DNA of 64,000 nucleotides from Candidatus Eiseniibacteriota bacterium (GCA_963783375.1 CAWANH010000017.1:1-64000); one strand, 5' to 3'; shown: positions 47,356 through 58,328, counted from the first letter of the stretch. Notes: generated from the sequence alone by a model not told the origin. Program-made: numbers and translations.

Positions 47356-47883
47356 GGCGTCCTCCGATCATTTAGGCAATTCTGGCCCGCACCGGCAGAA
47401 ACGGCGACCGTGCCCGGGCGCACCGCCGGACCCATGACGCCCGCTCAGGTGCGTGCCGTGGGTACGAAACCAAATTGAGGCCGAATCACAACGTTACCAA
47501 ATCGACGGTACTTACGCCATCGCGGGGCCGCGGAGGCGGACCGGTGAAGCGCCTCCCACCGCCAGGCAGGGCAAGGTGACACCCGGCCGACGGCCACGGG
47601 GGCTCCGGCGGTGAATGCGCGGTCGCGTCTACCGGCGGGCGAACTCCCTGAGTCGGGCGAGTCTCGGAGAGGTGGCGGCGTCACCGAGAAAGGCCCCTTC
47701 CATCTTTCTGATCGATTCCGCCTCGTTCTGATGGAGTCGTTGGGCGTCCGCTACATGGAACTGCCCACGCAACAAGCACTTACACCCAGGCACGAATGAT
47801 GCACTTCTCAAGCCGCGGGTCCCGGGAGACCTCGGTTCGTTGCCGGTTCGTCGCCGTGAGGAGATTCGCCGGACTACTCATTC

Positions 47884-48177
47884 ATGAGTAACGCAAGAGG
47901 GGACGCCGTGGAACCGGCCATGGAAGTGATGGAAGCACAGCTCAAGCGTTGGAGCCTGAAGATAGACGACCTGGCAGCCAAGACCCAGGTGGCCGGCATG
48001 CACCCGGGGTTCAACGCCCTCATATACGTCGACGAGCTCAAGGTCCTGCACGCGATAGCGTTGGCGAAGTTCAACCAGTTCAAGGCAGAGGAAGATTCGC
48101 GGCGGGCACGGCTCGAGGCGGAGATGAAGTGCGCCTGGGACGAGCTTGCCGCCGCATTCGATAGGCAAATGCCCTAA
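47884..48177 (+). CDS. Small coiled-coil protein (stress-protein-like)
   Basis: MEAQLKRW..KIDDL.AK...AW.EL..AF pattern; start could be 47920 or 47929. Confidence 0.6.
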   Translation: MSNARGDAVEPAMEVMEAQLKRWSLKIDDLAAKTQVAGMHPGFNALIYVDELKVLHAIALAKFNQFKAEEDSRRARLEAEMKCAWDELAAAFDRQMP

Positions 48178-48304
48178 GGGTTGGCGGTGAATTTCCTAGT
48201 CGAAGCGAAGCGGTGACTCCGCTGAACCCGGAGTAGGATAAGAATCACGAGCCTGGACCGAGGGTGACATACCTCGACCGGTTCGACGAAAAGAGGTTAC
48301 CTCG

Positions 48305-48979
48305 ATGAAACGATTTCCAGCCAATGTTGGCGCTCTCATTCTGATAGCCGCGGCGGTCACGGTGGGCTGTGGGGAGGATCAGGAAGGCGCCCAGGACGCC
48401 GCGGCGGCCCAAGCGGCGGCGGCGCAACCTGCGACGGCGCAGCAGGCGCGCTTCGAGACGCTGGTCATTCCCGACGGGACCAGCATCGTCGCGTCGCTCA
48501 ACACCGGCCTCTCGACGGAGACCAACCACACCGGCGACCCGTTCAGCGCGACCACGACCGAACCCGTCAGCGTAAACGGAACCACGGTTGTCCCGACCGG
48601 AGCCCGGATCAACGGGGTGCTGCGCGACGTCGAGGCATCCGGCCGGATCGAGGGCCGTGCGCGGATGACCCTGGCGTACGAGACGATCGTCGACTCGCAG
48701 GGGAAGGTCCATCCGATCTCCGCCCTGCCGCTGTCGCTGCAGGCGGCTTCCTCCACGCGTGGGGACGTCGAGAAGATCGCGGCCGGGGGCGTCCTCGGCG
48801 GGATCATCGGCGGGATCGCCGGCGGCGGGAAGGGTGCGGCGATCGGGGCGGGCGCCGGCGCGGGCGCCGGGACCATCCTCATGCTCGCGACCAAGGGCGA
48901 CGATCTGGAACTGAATCCCGGCCAGAAGTTGGCGGTGCACATGACCGGGTCCATGAGCGTTCAGGTCCCGACCCGATGA
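48305..48979 (+). CDS. Lipoprotein with glycine-zipper (TrbI-like beta domain)
   Basis: TVGC lipobox; IPDGT..., GGVLGGIIGGIAGGGKGAAIGAGAGAGAG. Confidence 0.75.
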   Translation: MKRFPANVGALILIAAAVTVGCGEDQEGAQDAAAAQAAAAQPATAQQARFETLVIPDGTSIVASLNTGLSTETNHTGDPFSATTTEPVSVNGTTVVPTGARINGVLRDVEASGRIEGRARMTLAYETIVDSQGKVHPISALPLSLQAASSTRGDVEKIAAGGVLGGIIGGIAGGGKGAAIGAGAGAGAGTILMLATKGDDLELNPGQKLAVHMTGSMSVQVPTR

Positions 48980-49025
48980 TGGTACCCGACCGATCGTGGG
49001 CCGGCATCATCGACAGGAGAAGAGC

Positions 49026-49526
49026 ATGAACAGACCCCGGATGATTCTGATGGCCGCCGTGATGGGCGCCGCCCTGATTCCAGCCCTGGCTTCGGCCGAC
49101 GCCTACACCGACGTCGGTTTCCGCGGCTGGGGACCCCGGGTCGGGCTGTCCGTCAATCCCGACCAGGTCCACTTCGGGGCCCACCTCGACTTCGGACAGT
49201 TCGCGAAGCACATCCGCTTTCAGCCGAATGTGGAACTGGGTTTCGGCGACGACATCGACCTGTTCACCGTGAACGCCGAAGCGGCCTATCGCTTCAGCCA
49301 GCAGTGGGACGTCTGGAGTCCCTACCTTGGTGGGGGGCTCGGCGCCAACATCAAGAGGTATGACAAGAGCATCGACAAGGACACGGAGACCGATCTCGGG
49401 GTCAACGTGCTGGGCGGGATCGAGAAGGGGCTGTCCAGCGGCGACCGGTTCTTCGTCGAGGGGAAGTTCAGCCTGAACGACGTGCCCGACGTCAAGGTCA
49501 CGGTCGGATGGACGTTCTATCACTAG
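49026..49526 (+). CDS. Small outer-membrane beta-barrel protein
   Basis: Signal peptide ending ASA; PYLGGGLG; alternating C-terminal strand VGWTFYH; start ATG 49026. Confidence 0.75.
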   Translation: MNRPRMILMAAVMGAALIPALASADAYTDVGFRGWGPRVGLSVNPDQVHFGAHLDFGQFAKHIRFQPNVELGFGDDIDLFTVNAEAAYRFSQQWDVWSPYLGGGLGANIKRYDKSIDKDTETDLGVNVLGGIEKGLSSGDRFFVEGKFSLNDVPDVKVTVGWTFYH

Positions 49527-49598
49527 CCGCGTGGCGATGAGGGGCGGGCGGTCGGCGCCGCCCCCTCACGCTTCCGGTGGCAGAGGAAGGGGATCTTC

Positions 49599-49748
49599 AT
49601 GTTGTGGACCCTCGTGGTCATACTCGTCATTCTCTGGCTACTAGGCCTTCTCACCTCCTTCACCATGCACGGCTTGATCCATGTGTTGCTGGTCGTTGCG
49701 ATCATCGTCGTGCTGCTCCGCGTCATTCAGGGGAGGCGGGCGCTGTAG
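49599..49748 (+). CDS. lmo0937 / DUF5670 family small membrane protein (49 aa, not in ORF track)
   Basis: MLWTLVVILVILWLLGLLTSFTMHGLIHVLLVVAIIVVLLRVIQGRRAL. Confidence 0.88.
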   Translation: MLWTLVVILVILWLLGLLTSFTMHGLIHVLLVVAIIVVLLRVIQGRRAL

Positions 49749-49831
49749 ACCGCGCTTGAACCATGAGGAGCGTGGGACGGTGAAATCACCGGCTCCTCCG
49801 TTTCCTCGATCTCTATCCAGGAGGATGTGAC

Positions 49832-50464
49832 TTGAAAGTCTCTCTCAGCGTGATTGCGGCGGGAGTGGCCCTATGCGTAGGACTTCCGGCCGCAGCTCAA
49901 AACTTCGGGGTTCTGCAGTCGGCGGAGACGATGGACCAGGGAGCGTACAAGCTCATGTTTGCCCCGGTGGTGACGCTGGACAAGAACGGATCGGGCGGAG
50001 AGTTCGGGGTCGCGGTCCGCGGGGGGTACGGATTCACCGATCGCTTCGACGTGGAGGCCAAGCTGGGCTTCTTCGAGAACTCCACGTACGTCGGCGCGGA
50101 CGGCGAGTTCTGGATCCTCAAGAGCAAGGAGAGGGATGCCGGCCTGGACTTCTCGCTGACGGGAGGCCTGCACTGGGCATTCGGGAAGAAGCACAACCTG
50201 GACACCATGGGGCTCGACGTCACGCCGCTCCTGAGCGGGCATGTGACGAAGAACCTCGAGCTGTGCGGGGCGCTTGACGCCTCATTCGAGAAAGTCCGGG
50301 ACGCGCCGGCGGGGGCGGACGACACGTTTACGAAAGTCCATGTCGTGCCGGGACTCGAGTACCACCTGAGCGACGCCGCCGACCTGATCGGCGAGATCGG
50401 ACTCGGGCTCAACGACAACTCATATACGTATGTCGGCGCCGGCATCGCCTTCTACTTCCGGTAA
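49832..50464 (+). CDS. Outer-membrane beta-barrel protein
   Basis: AGGAGG RBS; signal peptide; amphipathic strands ending GIAFYFR. Confidence 0.75.
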   Translation: MKVSLSVIAAGVALCVGLPAAAQNFGVLQSAETMDQGAYKLMFAPVVTLDKNGSGGEFGVAVRGGYGFTDRFDVEAKLGFFENSTYVGADGEFWILKSKERDAGLDFSLTGGLHWAFGKKHNLDTMGLDVTPLLSGHVTKNLELCGALDASFEKVRDAPAGADDTFTKVHVVPGLEYHLSDAADLIGEIGLGLNDNSYTYVGAGIAFYFR

Positions 50465-50476
50465 GGAGGGAGTGAG

Positions 50477-50698
50477 ATGAAGACCCTGGGAATCGTGCTG
50501 GTGGTGCTCGGTGTCCTCGCCCTGATCTACGGTGGGTTCGACTACAACCGGAACCGGACGGTGCTCGAAATGGGCTCGATGAGCGTCACCGCCACGGAGC
50601 ACAAGAGGTTTCCGATCCCGGTGGTCGTCGGTGTGGTCGTGTTGATCGGCGGAGTGGCCGTTCTCCTGGGAGGAAAGCGCCGGAGTCTGCCCGGGTGA
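50477..50698 (+). CDS. DUF3185-like small membrane protein
   Basis: MKTLGIVLVVLGVLALIYGGFDY...PIP; AAGGAGG RBS. Confidence 0.8.
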   Translation: MKTLGIVLVVLGVLALIYGGFDYNRNRTVLEMGSMSVTATEHKRFPIPVVVGVVVLIGGVAVLLGGKRRSLPG

Positions 50699-50740
50699 TT
50701 CGTGGCTATCAAAAATCAGGGTCAGTGACAGGAGGCAATT

Positions 50741-51319
50741 ATGCGTGCAGCCTTGGTGCTGTTTGTGATCGCCCAGATCGGCTGGGGGGCCGAAGCGAGC
50801 GCCCAGACGCCGTCGACGCCGGTGGAGCGGCCCTTGGTCCTCATCCCCACCGCGATCCAGGAGTTGAACGAGCTTCGACTCAACACCGGCGACAAGGCGG
50901 TGCTCAGCGACAACACGATGAGCGCGGTCTATGACAAGAACGTCCCCGCCGAAGGGAACACGTACCTGAACTTCCACATCGACGTCGCTTCGGAGACCGG
51001 CCCGTTCGTGCTGTGCGCGAAGGACATCCGTCTGGTGAAGGGCGGGAAGGCGGGAGAGACGGCATCCGACGGCGTGAAGGGGAGGCCTGACGCAAGAACC
51101 GTGGATGTTGTCGCCTATACTCCTTTGGATTGGTTCATGGACACCGGGGTCGAGGTGCGCGGAGATTCGTTGAGGATCGACAACAAGGCTCTCGTGCAGT
51201 TCACGATCGAGGTGCCTCGAGCCGGGTGCGACGATCTGACCCTTTTCATCTTGTCCCAGCGCATGGGAACCGTCGGTGAAATGCGAGAGCTGATCGCGAA
51301 AGAGCAGGGAGTCAAGTAG
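50741..51319 (+). CDS. Hypothetical exported protein
   Basis: AGGAGG RBS; signal peptide ending ASA. Confidence 0.65.
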   Translation: MRAALVLFVIAQIGWGAEASAQTPSTPVERPLVLIPTAIQELNELRLNTGDKAVLSDNTMSAVYDKNVPAEGNTYLNFHIDVASETGPFVLCAKDIRLVKGGKAGETASDGVKGRPDARTVDVVAYTPLDWFMDTGVEVRGDSLRIDNKALVQFTIEVPRAGCDDLTLFILSQRMGTVGEMRELIAKEQGVK

Positions 51320-51496
51320 CGGCCGTGGGTGACCGAATCGCGGAGATCAAGCAGGAGAATCCCGGGGGGCATGCAGCTACTATCGGAGCGCGTGAAGAGT
51401 ACGCGAGTCCCGCACGCAAGATGCGGGGTAGGGCGTAGAGGTAGGACCCACGGCGCGGATGGGCGATGGATGTCCACTCAGTCGAAGGGGGACGTG

Positions 51497-53068
51497 ATGC
51501 CGAGAAAGACGCGGACCCAAGTCACCGAGGAGACCAACGCGGCGCACGCACCGGCGAGGGAGCCAACGGGGCAAGCGGACAAGCCTTTCGGCTCGAAGAA
51601 GGCCGGATTCGTGCGCGATGAGAAGGCACGGAAGGGGGGTGATACCGCCCTGGCGGATTCGGAGCGCCGCTACCGTCGGCTCTTCGAGGCGGCGAAGGAC
51701 GGGATTCTCATCCTGAGCGCCTCCACCGGGGAAATAGTGGACGCCAACCCGTACCTGGAGATCCTGCTCGGGTATTCCCACGCGAGCTCCTGGGCAAGAC
51801 GCTCTGGGAGATCGGGCCCTTCAAGGACGTGTGCGCAAGCCGGGAAGCCTTTCGAGTATTGCTCGAGCGGGAGTATGTCCGTTACGACAACTTGCCGCTG
51901 GAGACCAAGGAGCACGAACGCAAGCACGTGGAGTTCGTCAGCAACGTGTATCTTGTCGAGGGTCGGAAGGTCATCCAGTGCAATATCCGGGACATCACGG
52001 AGCGCAAACTTGCCGAGGATCGCGCCCGAAAGGTCAACGATGATCTGTTGGCGTTGGTGGCCGAACTGCAAAGGCGGGATCGAGAAACGAAGCGGCACAG
52101 CGAGATGAATGAACTGCTTCAGTCCTGCACCACGCAGGAGGAGGCGTTCGAAATCGTGGGCTTGAAGGCGGGGGACCTGTTCGTCGGGCAGAGCGGATGC
52201 CTGGCGGTCATGAGGGCGGGCGAGCATCTGCTGGAGCCGGTCGCGCAGTGGGGTGCGGAGCGCTTGGTCGTCGCCGATTTCACATTGGATGATTGCTGGG
52301 CCCTTCGGCGGGGGCAAGTGCATGAGGTGACGGACCCGTCTCAGGCGATCGCCTGCCATCACTTCGCCAAGCCGCCCACCAGCAGCTATTTGTGCGTACC
52401 GCTCACCGTTCAGGGCGACACCCTGGGGGTCCTCAGCGTCGTCGACGCCCCGCCGGCGAGAGACGGAACAGCGGCAGGTCAGGCGCAGGTTGCGGTGTCG
52501 GTCGGTGAAACGATCAAGTTGGTGCTGTCGAACCTGAGACTGCGAGAGAAGTTGGGTGAGCAGGCCAACCGTGATGCCCTGACCGGACTGTTCAATCGGC
52601 GCTACCTGGACGACAGCCTGTCGCGAGAGTTGAGCCTGTCTCTGCGCCGAAAGGCGCCCCTGTCCATCGCGGTTCTGGACGTCGACCACTTCAAGGAGTT
52701 CAACGACACCTTCGGTCACGATGCCGGGGACATGGCCATACGCACGCTGGCGGAGTTGCTAGTCGGAGAACGTGCGCGCGAGCGACATCGCGTGTCGCCT
52801 CGGCGGCGACGAGTTCGCGCTCATCCTTCCGGATTCATCCCTCGCCGACGCACGAGTGCGCGTGAAGGAACTCTGCGCCCTCACGAAGCAACTGGATTTG
52901 CGGTACGATGGACGCGCGGTCGGTGAGATGACGCTGTCGGCCGGCATCGCGGTATCACCCGACCACGCCGGCACCGCCCGGGAACTGCTGCGCGCCGGGG
53001 ACGCGGCCCTTTACGCTGCGAAGGAGGCCGGGCGGGATCGGGTGGTGTTGTATGCGCCGGGAAGGTGA
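51497..53068 (+). pseudogene. PAS-GAF-GGDEF diguanylate cyclase with two apparent frameshifts (~51783, ~52765)
   Basis: Three frames join: RYRRLFEAAKDGIL...YSH / ELLGKTLWEIG...DALTGLFNRRY..DVDHFK / NVRASDIACRLGGDEF. May be intact if the indels are errors. Confidence 0.75.
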
Positions 53069-53229
53069 CGATGATCTCGGAAACGGCCCTGGAACTCCGC
53101 CGCTACAGCGGTTCGGGGTTCGACGCCGAGCGATCGGGAGCGGTCCATCGACGCCCGGCGGACGGTTTCACGGCAAGGCATCGGTGAAGGCGGTTTCCGC
53201 ACCGGGGGGCCGGCCGGCCGGGGGGGCGG

Positions 53230-53270
53230 GGCCTCGGGTCAAGGATAGCATGGCCGTCGGGCGGTTCCCG
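53230..53270 (+). repeat. 41-bp direct repeat, right boundary of island
   Basis: Identical to 45538-45578. Confidence 0.92.
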
Positions 53271-53327
53271 TTCTACCATGGGGTCGCCCCCGTCGCGCCG
53301 AACTCCAGCCGATCGGAGACCCGAGCC

Positions 53328-53973
53328 ATGCACGCCCATCGCCCCGGATCGCGGATCGTCCCCGCGCTTCTCGTCCTGGCCGCCGTCGATCGCCTCGATC
53401 GCCGCCGCCGGGTGCGGGAACTCCCATTTCGTCAGCACCTGGAAGGACCCGACCTTCACCGCCGGCCCCCTCCTGCGCGTCATGGTCATCGCGCCGAGAC
53501 GGAGCGAGATCCAGCGCCGGGTGTGGGAGGACGCCTTCGTGACCGAACTGGCCAAACGGGGGGTGGCCGCCACGCCCTCCTACCGGCTCTTTCCGGACCG
53601 CGTTCCGAGCGACGCGGAGCTTCGGTCCGGCCTCCCCGAGGACGCGTTCGACGGGCTGCTCCTGGTGGCCCGGACCGGGCATCGCGTCGAGAAGACGGTG
53701 ATGCCGCCCACCGTGACCCAGGCGTACCAGGAAGAGCGCTGGGATCCCTTCACCCGGGTCTACGAGCCGGCCTATCACGAGGTCGTCTCCCCGGGCTACG
53801 TGGAGAAAACCCGGGTGGTGAGCTTCGAAACCTCGCTCTGGGATCTTCGCGGCCCGGCCCGGATGATCTGGTCGGGGGCCACCGAGTCGACGAACCCCGA
53901 GCCGGGGAACGAGTTCGCGAAGAACCTCGCGTCCTACGTGGTGGAGCGCGTGGGGAACGGCAAGTTCATCTGA
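53328..53973 (+). CDS. Hypothetical lipoprotein with apparent +1 frameshift near 53388
   Basis: MHAHRPGSRIVPALLVLAA joins IASIAAAGC lipobox on removing one base; body STWKDP...RRVWEDAFV...WSG.T. Confidence 0.65.
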
Positions 53974-54486
53974 GTCGGTTCGGGGAGCGGCGACCCGGCG
54001 ATCGCCCGGCCGGGCCCGCCCGCGCCGCGCGTCCGCACCGCCTGACGAGGCCCCGTCGCCCGGGTTCCCCGGGTTCGTCACCGTCGCCGGGGCCTCGGCC
54101 GGGGCACAGGACCTTACGAGGGTGAATTCGCGGCGGGATTGGCCCCGGCCTTGCAAAACGGGAGCCCCGCCACGCGAGCCCGGTCGCCAAGACACCAGCG
54201 CGACGGAGTGGCCGCGCCGATCGGGTCTCGTGGTTGCGGCTCGGCCGCCCCGGCGCCCTTTCGCCCTCCTTCGGGCCCGGGCCGCCCGCGCCGCACATCG
54301 GCACGCAGGTGTCCGCTCCGCTTCCCGGCCGCTTCGGAAAGGCGGCCTCCTCGCCGGACGGCCGGGGGCGGAGGGGGCATTTCCGGATCGCGCCCGGCGT
54401 CGGCCGGTTCGTGGGGAGGGGAGTCGGCGACCCGGCGGGAATCGCGGCGGCCGGACCGCCCGGGACGGAACGAGGGACCGTCGCGA

Positions 54487-56080
54487 TCAAGCCTGGTCGA
54501 AGGTCCCGTACACCGTCCGCAGGGCGTCGGAAATCTCGCCCAGGCTGGCCCGCGCCCGAACCGCGTCGACGATGGGAACGACCAGGTTCCCGTCGCCGCG
54601 AGCGGTCTCCTCGACCGCGGCCAGCGCCCGTCGCGCGGCACCGGCGTCCCGCTCCGCCTTGACCGCGGCCAGGCGCGTTCCCTGGGCGGCTTCCAGCGCC
54701 GCGTCCATCTGGAAGATCTCGGGCGGGGGCTCCTCCACCACGTACCTGTTCACCCCCACCACGATCCGCTCCCCGCTCTCCACCTCGCGCTGGAACCGGT
54801 AGGCCGAGGTATGGATCTCCTCCTGGACCCACCCGGTCTCGATGCAGCGGACCATGCCGCCGCGGCGGTCGATCTCGGCGAAGGTGTCGCGGGCCGCGGC
54901 CTCGAGCCGGTCGGTCAGCCACTCCAGGTACCACCCCCCGCCCAGGGGATCGGCGGTGTCCGCCACCCCGGCTTCCTCGGCCAGGATCTGCTGGGTGCGA
55001 ATCGCGGTCCGCACCGCCTTCTCGGTGGGGAGCCCCAGGGCCTCGTCCATGCTGTTGGTGTGGATGGACTGGGCCCCTCCCAGGACCGCGGCCAGGGCCT
55101 CGATCGCGGTCCGGACGATGTTGTTCTCCGGCTGCTGGGCGGTCAGCGACGAGCCCGCGGTCTGGGCGTGGAAGCGGAGCAGCATGCTCTTGGGATCCCG
55201 GGCCCCGAACTCCTCCTTCATGATCCGGTACCAGATCCGCCGCGCGGCCCGGAACTTGGCCACCTCCTCCAGCAGGTTCGAGTGGGCGTTGAAGAAGAAC
55301 GAGAGCCTCGGCGCGAAGTCGTCCACCGCCAGCCCCCGGTCGATGGCCGCCTGCACGTAGACCCGGGCGTTGGCCAGGGTGAAGGCGAGTTCCTGGGCCG
55401 CGGTCGAGCCCGCCTCGCGGATGTGGTAGCCGGAGATCGAGATGGTGTTCCAGCCGGGGACGTGGTCCCGGCAGAAGGCGAAGATGTCGGTGGTGACGCG
55501 AAGCGACGCCCGGACCGGGTAGATGTAGGTGCCTCGGGCGATGTACTCCTTGAGCAGGTCGTTCTGCACCGTCCCCGAGACCTTCTCCCAGGGGACCCCC
55601 TGCTCCTCCGCCACCACCAGGTACATGGCCAGGAGGATCGCCGCGGTGGCGTTGATGGTCATCGAGGTGGAGACGCGGTCGAGGGGGATCCCCGCCAGCA
55701 GCGTCCGCATGTCCTCGATGGTGTCGATGGCCACCCCGACCCTCCCGACCTCGCCCCGGGACATGGGATGGTCGGAGTCGTAGCCCATCTGGGTGGGGAG
55801 GTCGAAGGCGGTGGAGAGCCCGGTCTGACCGGCCTCCAGGAGGTACTTGAACCGCCGGTTGGTCTCGGCGGCGTCCCCGAAGCCCGCGTACTGGCGCATG
55901 GTCCAGAGCCGGCCCCGGTACATGGTGGGGTAGACGCCCCGGGTGTAGGGGGGCGCCCCCGGCTCGCCCAGGTCCCGGGCCGGGTCCAGGTCCGCGACGT
56001 CCGACGGGCCGTAGGACCCCCTGGACCTCGAACCCCGACGATGTCTCGAACTTCGGCCTGCGTTCCCGCGACCTTCCCAT
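54487..56080 (-). CDS. Methylmalonyl-CoA mutase large subunit (no B12 domain) with apparent +1 frameshift near 56018
   Basis: RQYAGF and EYIARGT (Tyr/Arg of MCM); FETSSGFEV joins YGPSD...[11 protein letters not shown] on removing one base. Confidence 0.88.
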
Positions 56081-56616
56081 CACTTCTCCTCCTCCGGCGG
56101 AACCGCGTCCGCCGCCCCCAGCACCACCAGCACCGTCCCCTGATCCACCACGTCGCCGGTCCGGACCCGGATCTCGCGGACGGTTCCCCCGCGCACCGCG
56201 GCGAGGTCGTTCTGCATCTTCATGGCCTCGACCACCGCCACCGTCGCCCCCGGGTCCACGGTGTCGCCCACCGCCACCAGCACCTTCACCACCGAGCCGG
56301 GCATGGGGGAGACCACCTCCTCCCCGTCGCCGCCGGCGTGGGCCGCGCTTTCCGCCCGGGCCCAGAGTTCGTTGGACACCCGCACGTGGAAGACGTCGCC
56401 CGAGAGGTAGACGTCGGTTCCGTCCCGGGTGGCCACGGTGGCCGCCTCGTGGGACCGTCCGTCGATCAGGAGCGAGCGGGTGGGGCTTCCCGGGGTGGAG
56501 CGGGCGTCCACGTGGACCGCCTCCCCGTCGATCTCGATCCGGTACCCCTCGCCCTCTTCGGCGATGGTGACCAGGAACTCGGCGGATCCGTTGTGGACGA
56601 CGTAGCGGGTGGGCAC
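56080..56616 (-). CDS. Biotin carboxyl carrier subunit of acyl-CoA carboxylase
   Basis: SPMPG and EAMKMQN biotinylation motif. Confidence 0.92.
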   Translation of the reverse strand: MPTRYVVHNGSAEFLVTIAEEGEGYRIEIDGEAVHVDARSTPGSPTRSLLIDGRSHEAATVATRDGTDVYLSGDVFHVRVSNELWARAESAAHAGGDGEEVVSPMPGSVVKVLVAVGDTVDPGATVAVVEAMKMQNDLAAVRGGTVREIRVRTGDVVDQGTVLVVLGAADAVPPEEEK

Positions 56617-56619
56617 GGG

Positions 56620-58206
56620 TCAGCGGGTCCTCTCCGCCGCGGCCGGGCGCGGGTGCGCGCCCCTCCGAGGCTCCGTCGCTCTGCGCGGCCTCATCGCCCC
56701 CGCCTCGTCGCCCCCGGCCGCCCCAACAGCCGCCAGGGGTTGATGCCGCTCCCGCCCTCCGGGAGCCGGGCGCATCCGCTGCTCCTCCTCGTGGGCGGCG
56801 ATCACCGCGGCGATCACCGCCGCCCGGCCGCGGTCGGAATCCGTCTCGCTCTCCATCCCTTTGAACACGGTTTCGATGAACCGGGTGTCGTAGTCCCCCC
56901 GGATGAACTCGTCCCGTCCCAGCACCCAGCGATGGAAGGGGATGTTGGTACGCACCCCCTCCACCAGGGCCTCGGCCAGGGACCGGAGCATCCGGCGGCG
57001 CGCCTCCTCGCGGTCGGCGCCGTGCACGATGAGCTTTCCCAGCATGGGGTCGTAGAAGCGGGTCACCTCGGTCCCGGCCAGGATGCCGATGTCGTTCCGG
57101 ATCCCCGGGCCCGCCGCCGGTCGAAGCCGGCTGATCCGGCCCAGGGAGGGAAGGAAGTTGTTGTAGGGGTCCTCGGCGTAGATGCGGCACTCGATGGCCC
57201 ACCCCTTGGGAACCAGGTCCTCCTGCTTCCAGGACAGGGTCTCGCCCGCGGCCACGCGCACCTGCTCCCGCACCAGGTCCACGCCGTAGACCAGCTCGGT
57301 CACCGGGTGCTCGACCTGGAGCCGGGTGTTCATCTCCAGGAAGTAGTGCTCGCCTCCCGCCCCGTAGATGAACTCCACCGTGCCCGCGTTCCGGTAGTTC
57401 ACCGCGCGGGCCAGGCGCACCGCGGCCTCGCCCATGGCGGCGCGAAGCTCGGGGGTCACCACCGTCGAGGGAGACTCCTCCACCACCTTCTGGTGGCGGC
57501 GCTGGAGGGAACACTCCCGCTCTCCGAGGTGGACCACGTTCCCCGCCCGGTCGCCCATGATCTGGATCTCGATGTGCCTCGGCTTGTCGATGAACTTCTC
57601 CAGGTACAGGGTGCCGTCCCCGAAGGCGTTCTCCGCTTCGCCGCGGGTGAGGTCGAAGGCCCGCTCCAGCTCCTTGGGGCCGGGGACCACCCGCATCCCC
57701 TTTCCGCCCCCGCCCGCCGAGGCCTTGAGCATGACCGGGTAGCCGATGGCCGCGGCCTGTTCCTTCGCCTCCTTCACGTCGGTCACCGGCCCCGGGCTTC
57801 CCGGAACCACGGGGACCCCGGCCCGGCGCGCCGCCTCGCGGGCCTGGAGCTTGTCCCCCATGGCGGCGATCGTCTCCGGCGAGGGCCCGATGAAGGTGAG
57901 TCCCGCCGTTTCCACCGCCCGGGCGAAGGCGGCGTTCTCCGAGAGGAAGCCGTATCCGGGATGGACGGCCTCCGCTCCCGAGCGGCGGGCCGCGTCCAGG
58001 AGCGCCTCCTGGTCGAGGTAGGACTCCGCCGAGGGCGGGGGGCCGATCGGGTAGGCGAGGTCGGCGAACCGGACGTGCAGGGAGTCCCGGTCGGCCTCGC
58101 TGAACACGGCGACCGACTCGATATCGAGCTCCCGGAGGGCCCGGATCACCCGGACCGCGATCTCCCCGCGGTTGGCCACCAGGACCCGGTTGAACGGAGG
58201 TTTCAT
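56620..58206 (-). CDS. accC: Biotin carboxylase subunit (acetyl/propionyl-CoA carboxylase)
   Basis: ANRGEIA, HPGYGFLSEN, GGGGKGMR and EMNTRLQVEH; true stop may be 56691 if there is a +1 error near 56760. Confidence 0.93.
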   Translation of the reverse strand: MKPPFNRVLVANRGEIAVRVIRALRELDIESVAVFSEADRDSLHVRFADLAYPIGPPPSAESYLDQEALLDAARRSGAEAVHPGYGFLSENAAFARAVETAGLTFIGPSPETIAAMGDKLQAREAARRAGVPVVPGSPGPVTDVKEAKEQAAAIGYPVMLKASAGGGGKGMRVVPGPKELERAFDLTRGEAENAFGDGTLYLEKFIDKPRHIEIQIMGDRAGNVVHLGERECSLQRRHQKVVEESPSTVVTPELRAAMGEAAVRLARAVNYRNAGTVEFIYGAGGEHYFLEMNTRLQVEHPVTELVYGVDLVREQVRVAAGETLSWKQEDLVPKGWAIECRIYAEDPYNNFLPSLGRISRLRPAAGPGIRNDIGILAGTEVTRFYDPMLGKLIVHGADREEARRRMLRSLAEALVEGVRTNIPFHRWVLGRDEFIRGDYDTRFIETVFKGMESETDSDRGRAAVIAAVIAAHEEEQRMRPAPGGRERHQPLAAVGAAGGDEAGAMRPRRATEPRRGAHPRPAAAERTR

Positions 58207-58328
58207 GGCCAAGGAAGCCTACCCTTCGCGGGAGGCGGAAACAAGGCCGGGGAAGGGTCCGCGCCCACTTTCCCCGTCCTTCCCGAGGCCGTAAAGTAGG
58301 GGCCGTCCCAACCAGGAAAGGAAACGAC

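Larger units (their letters stand above)
45579..53229. mobile_element. Putative ~7.6 kb inserted island without integrase
   Basis: Bounded by direct repeats; codon usage looks less GC-biased; separates mce from the MCM/carboxylase genes. Confidence 0.55.

Noticed and set aside
53974-54486. GC-rich intergenic stretch with two GCCCGCGCCGC-containing segments
   Set aside because: Similarity is short and low-complexity; not distinguishable from chance.
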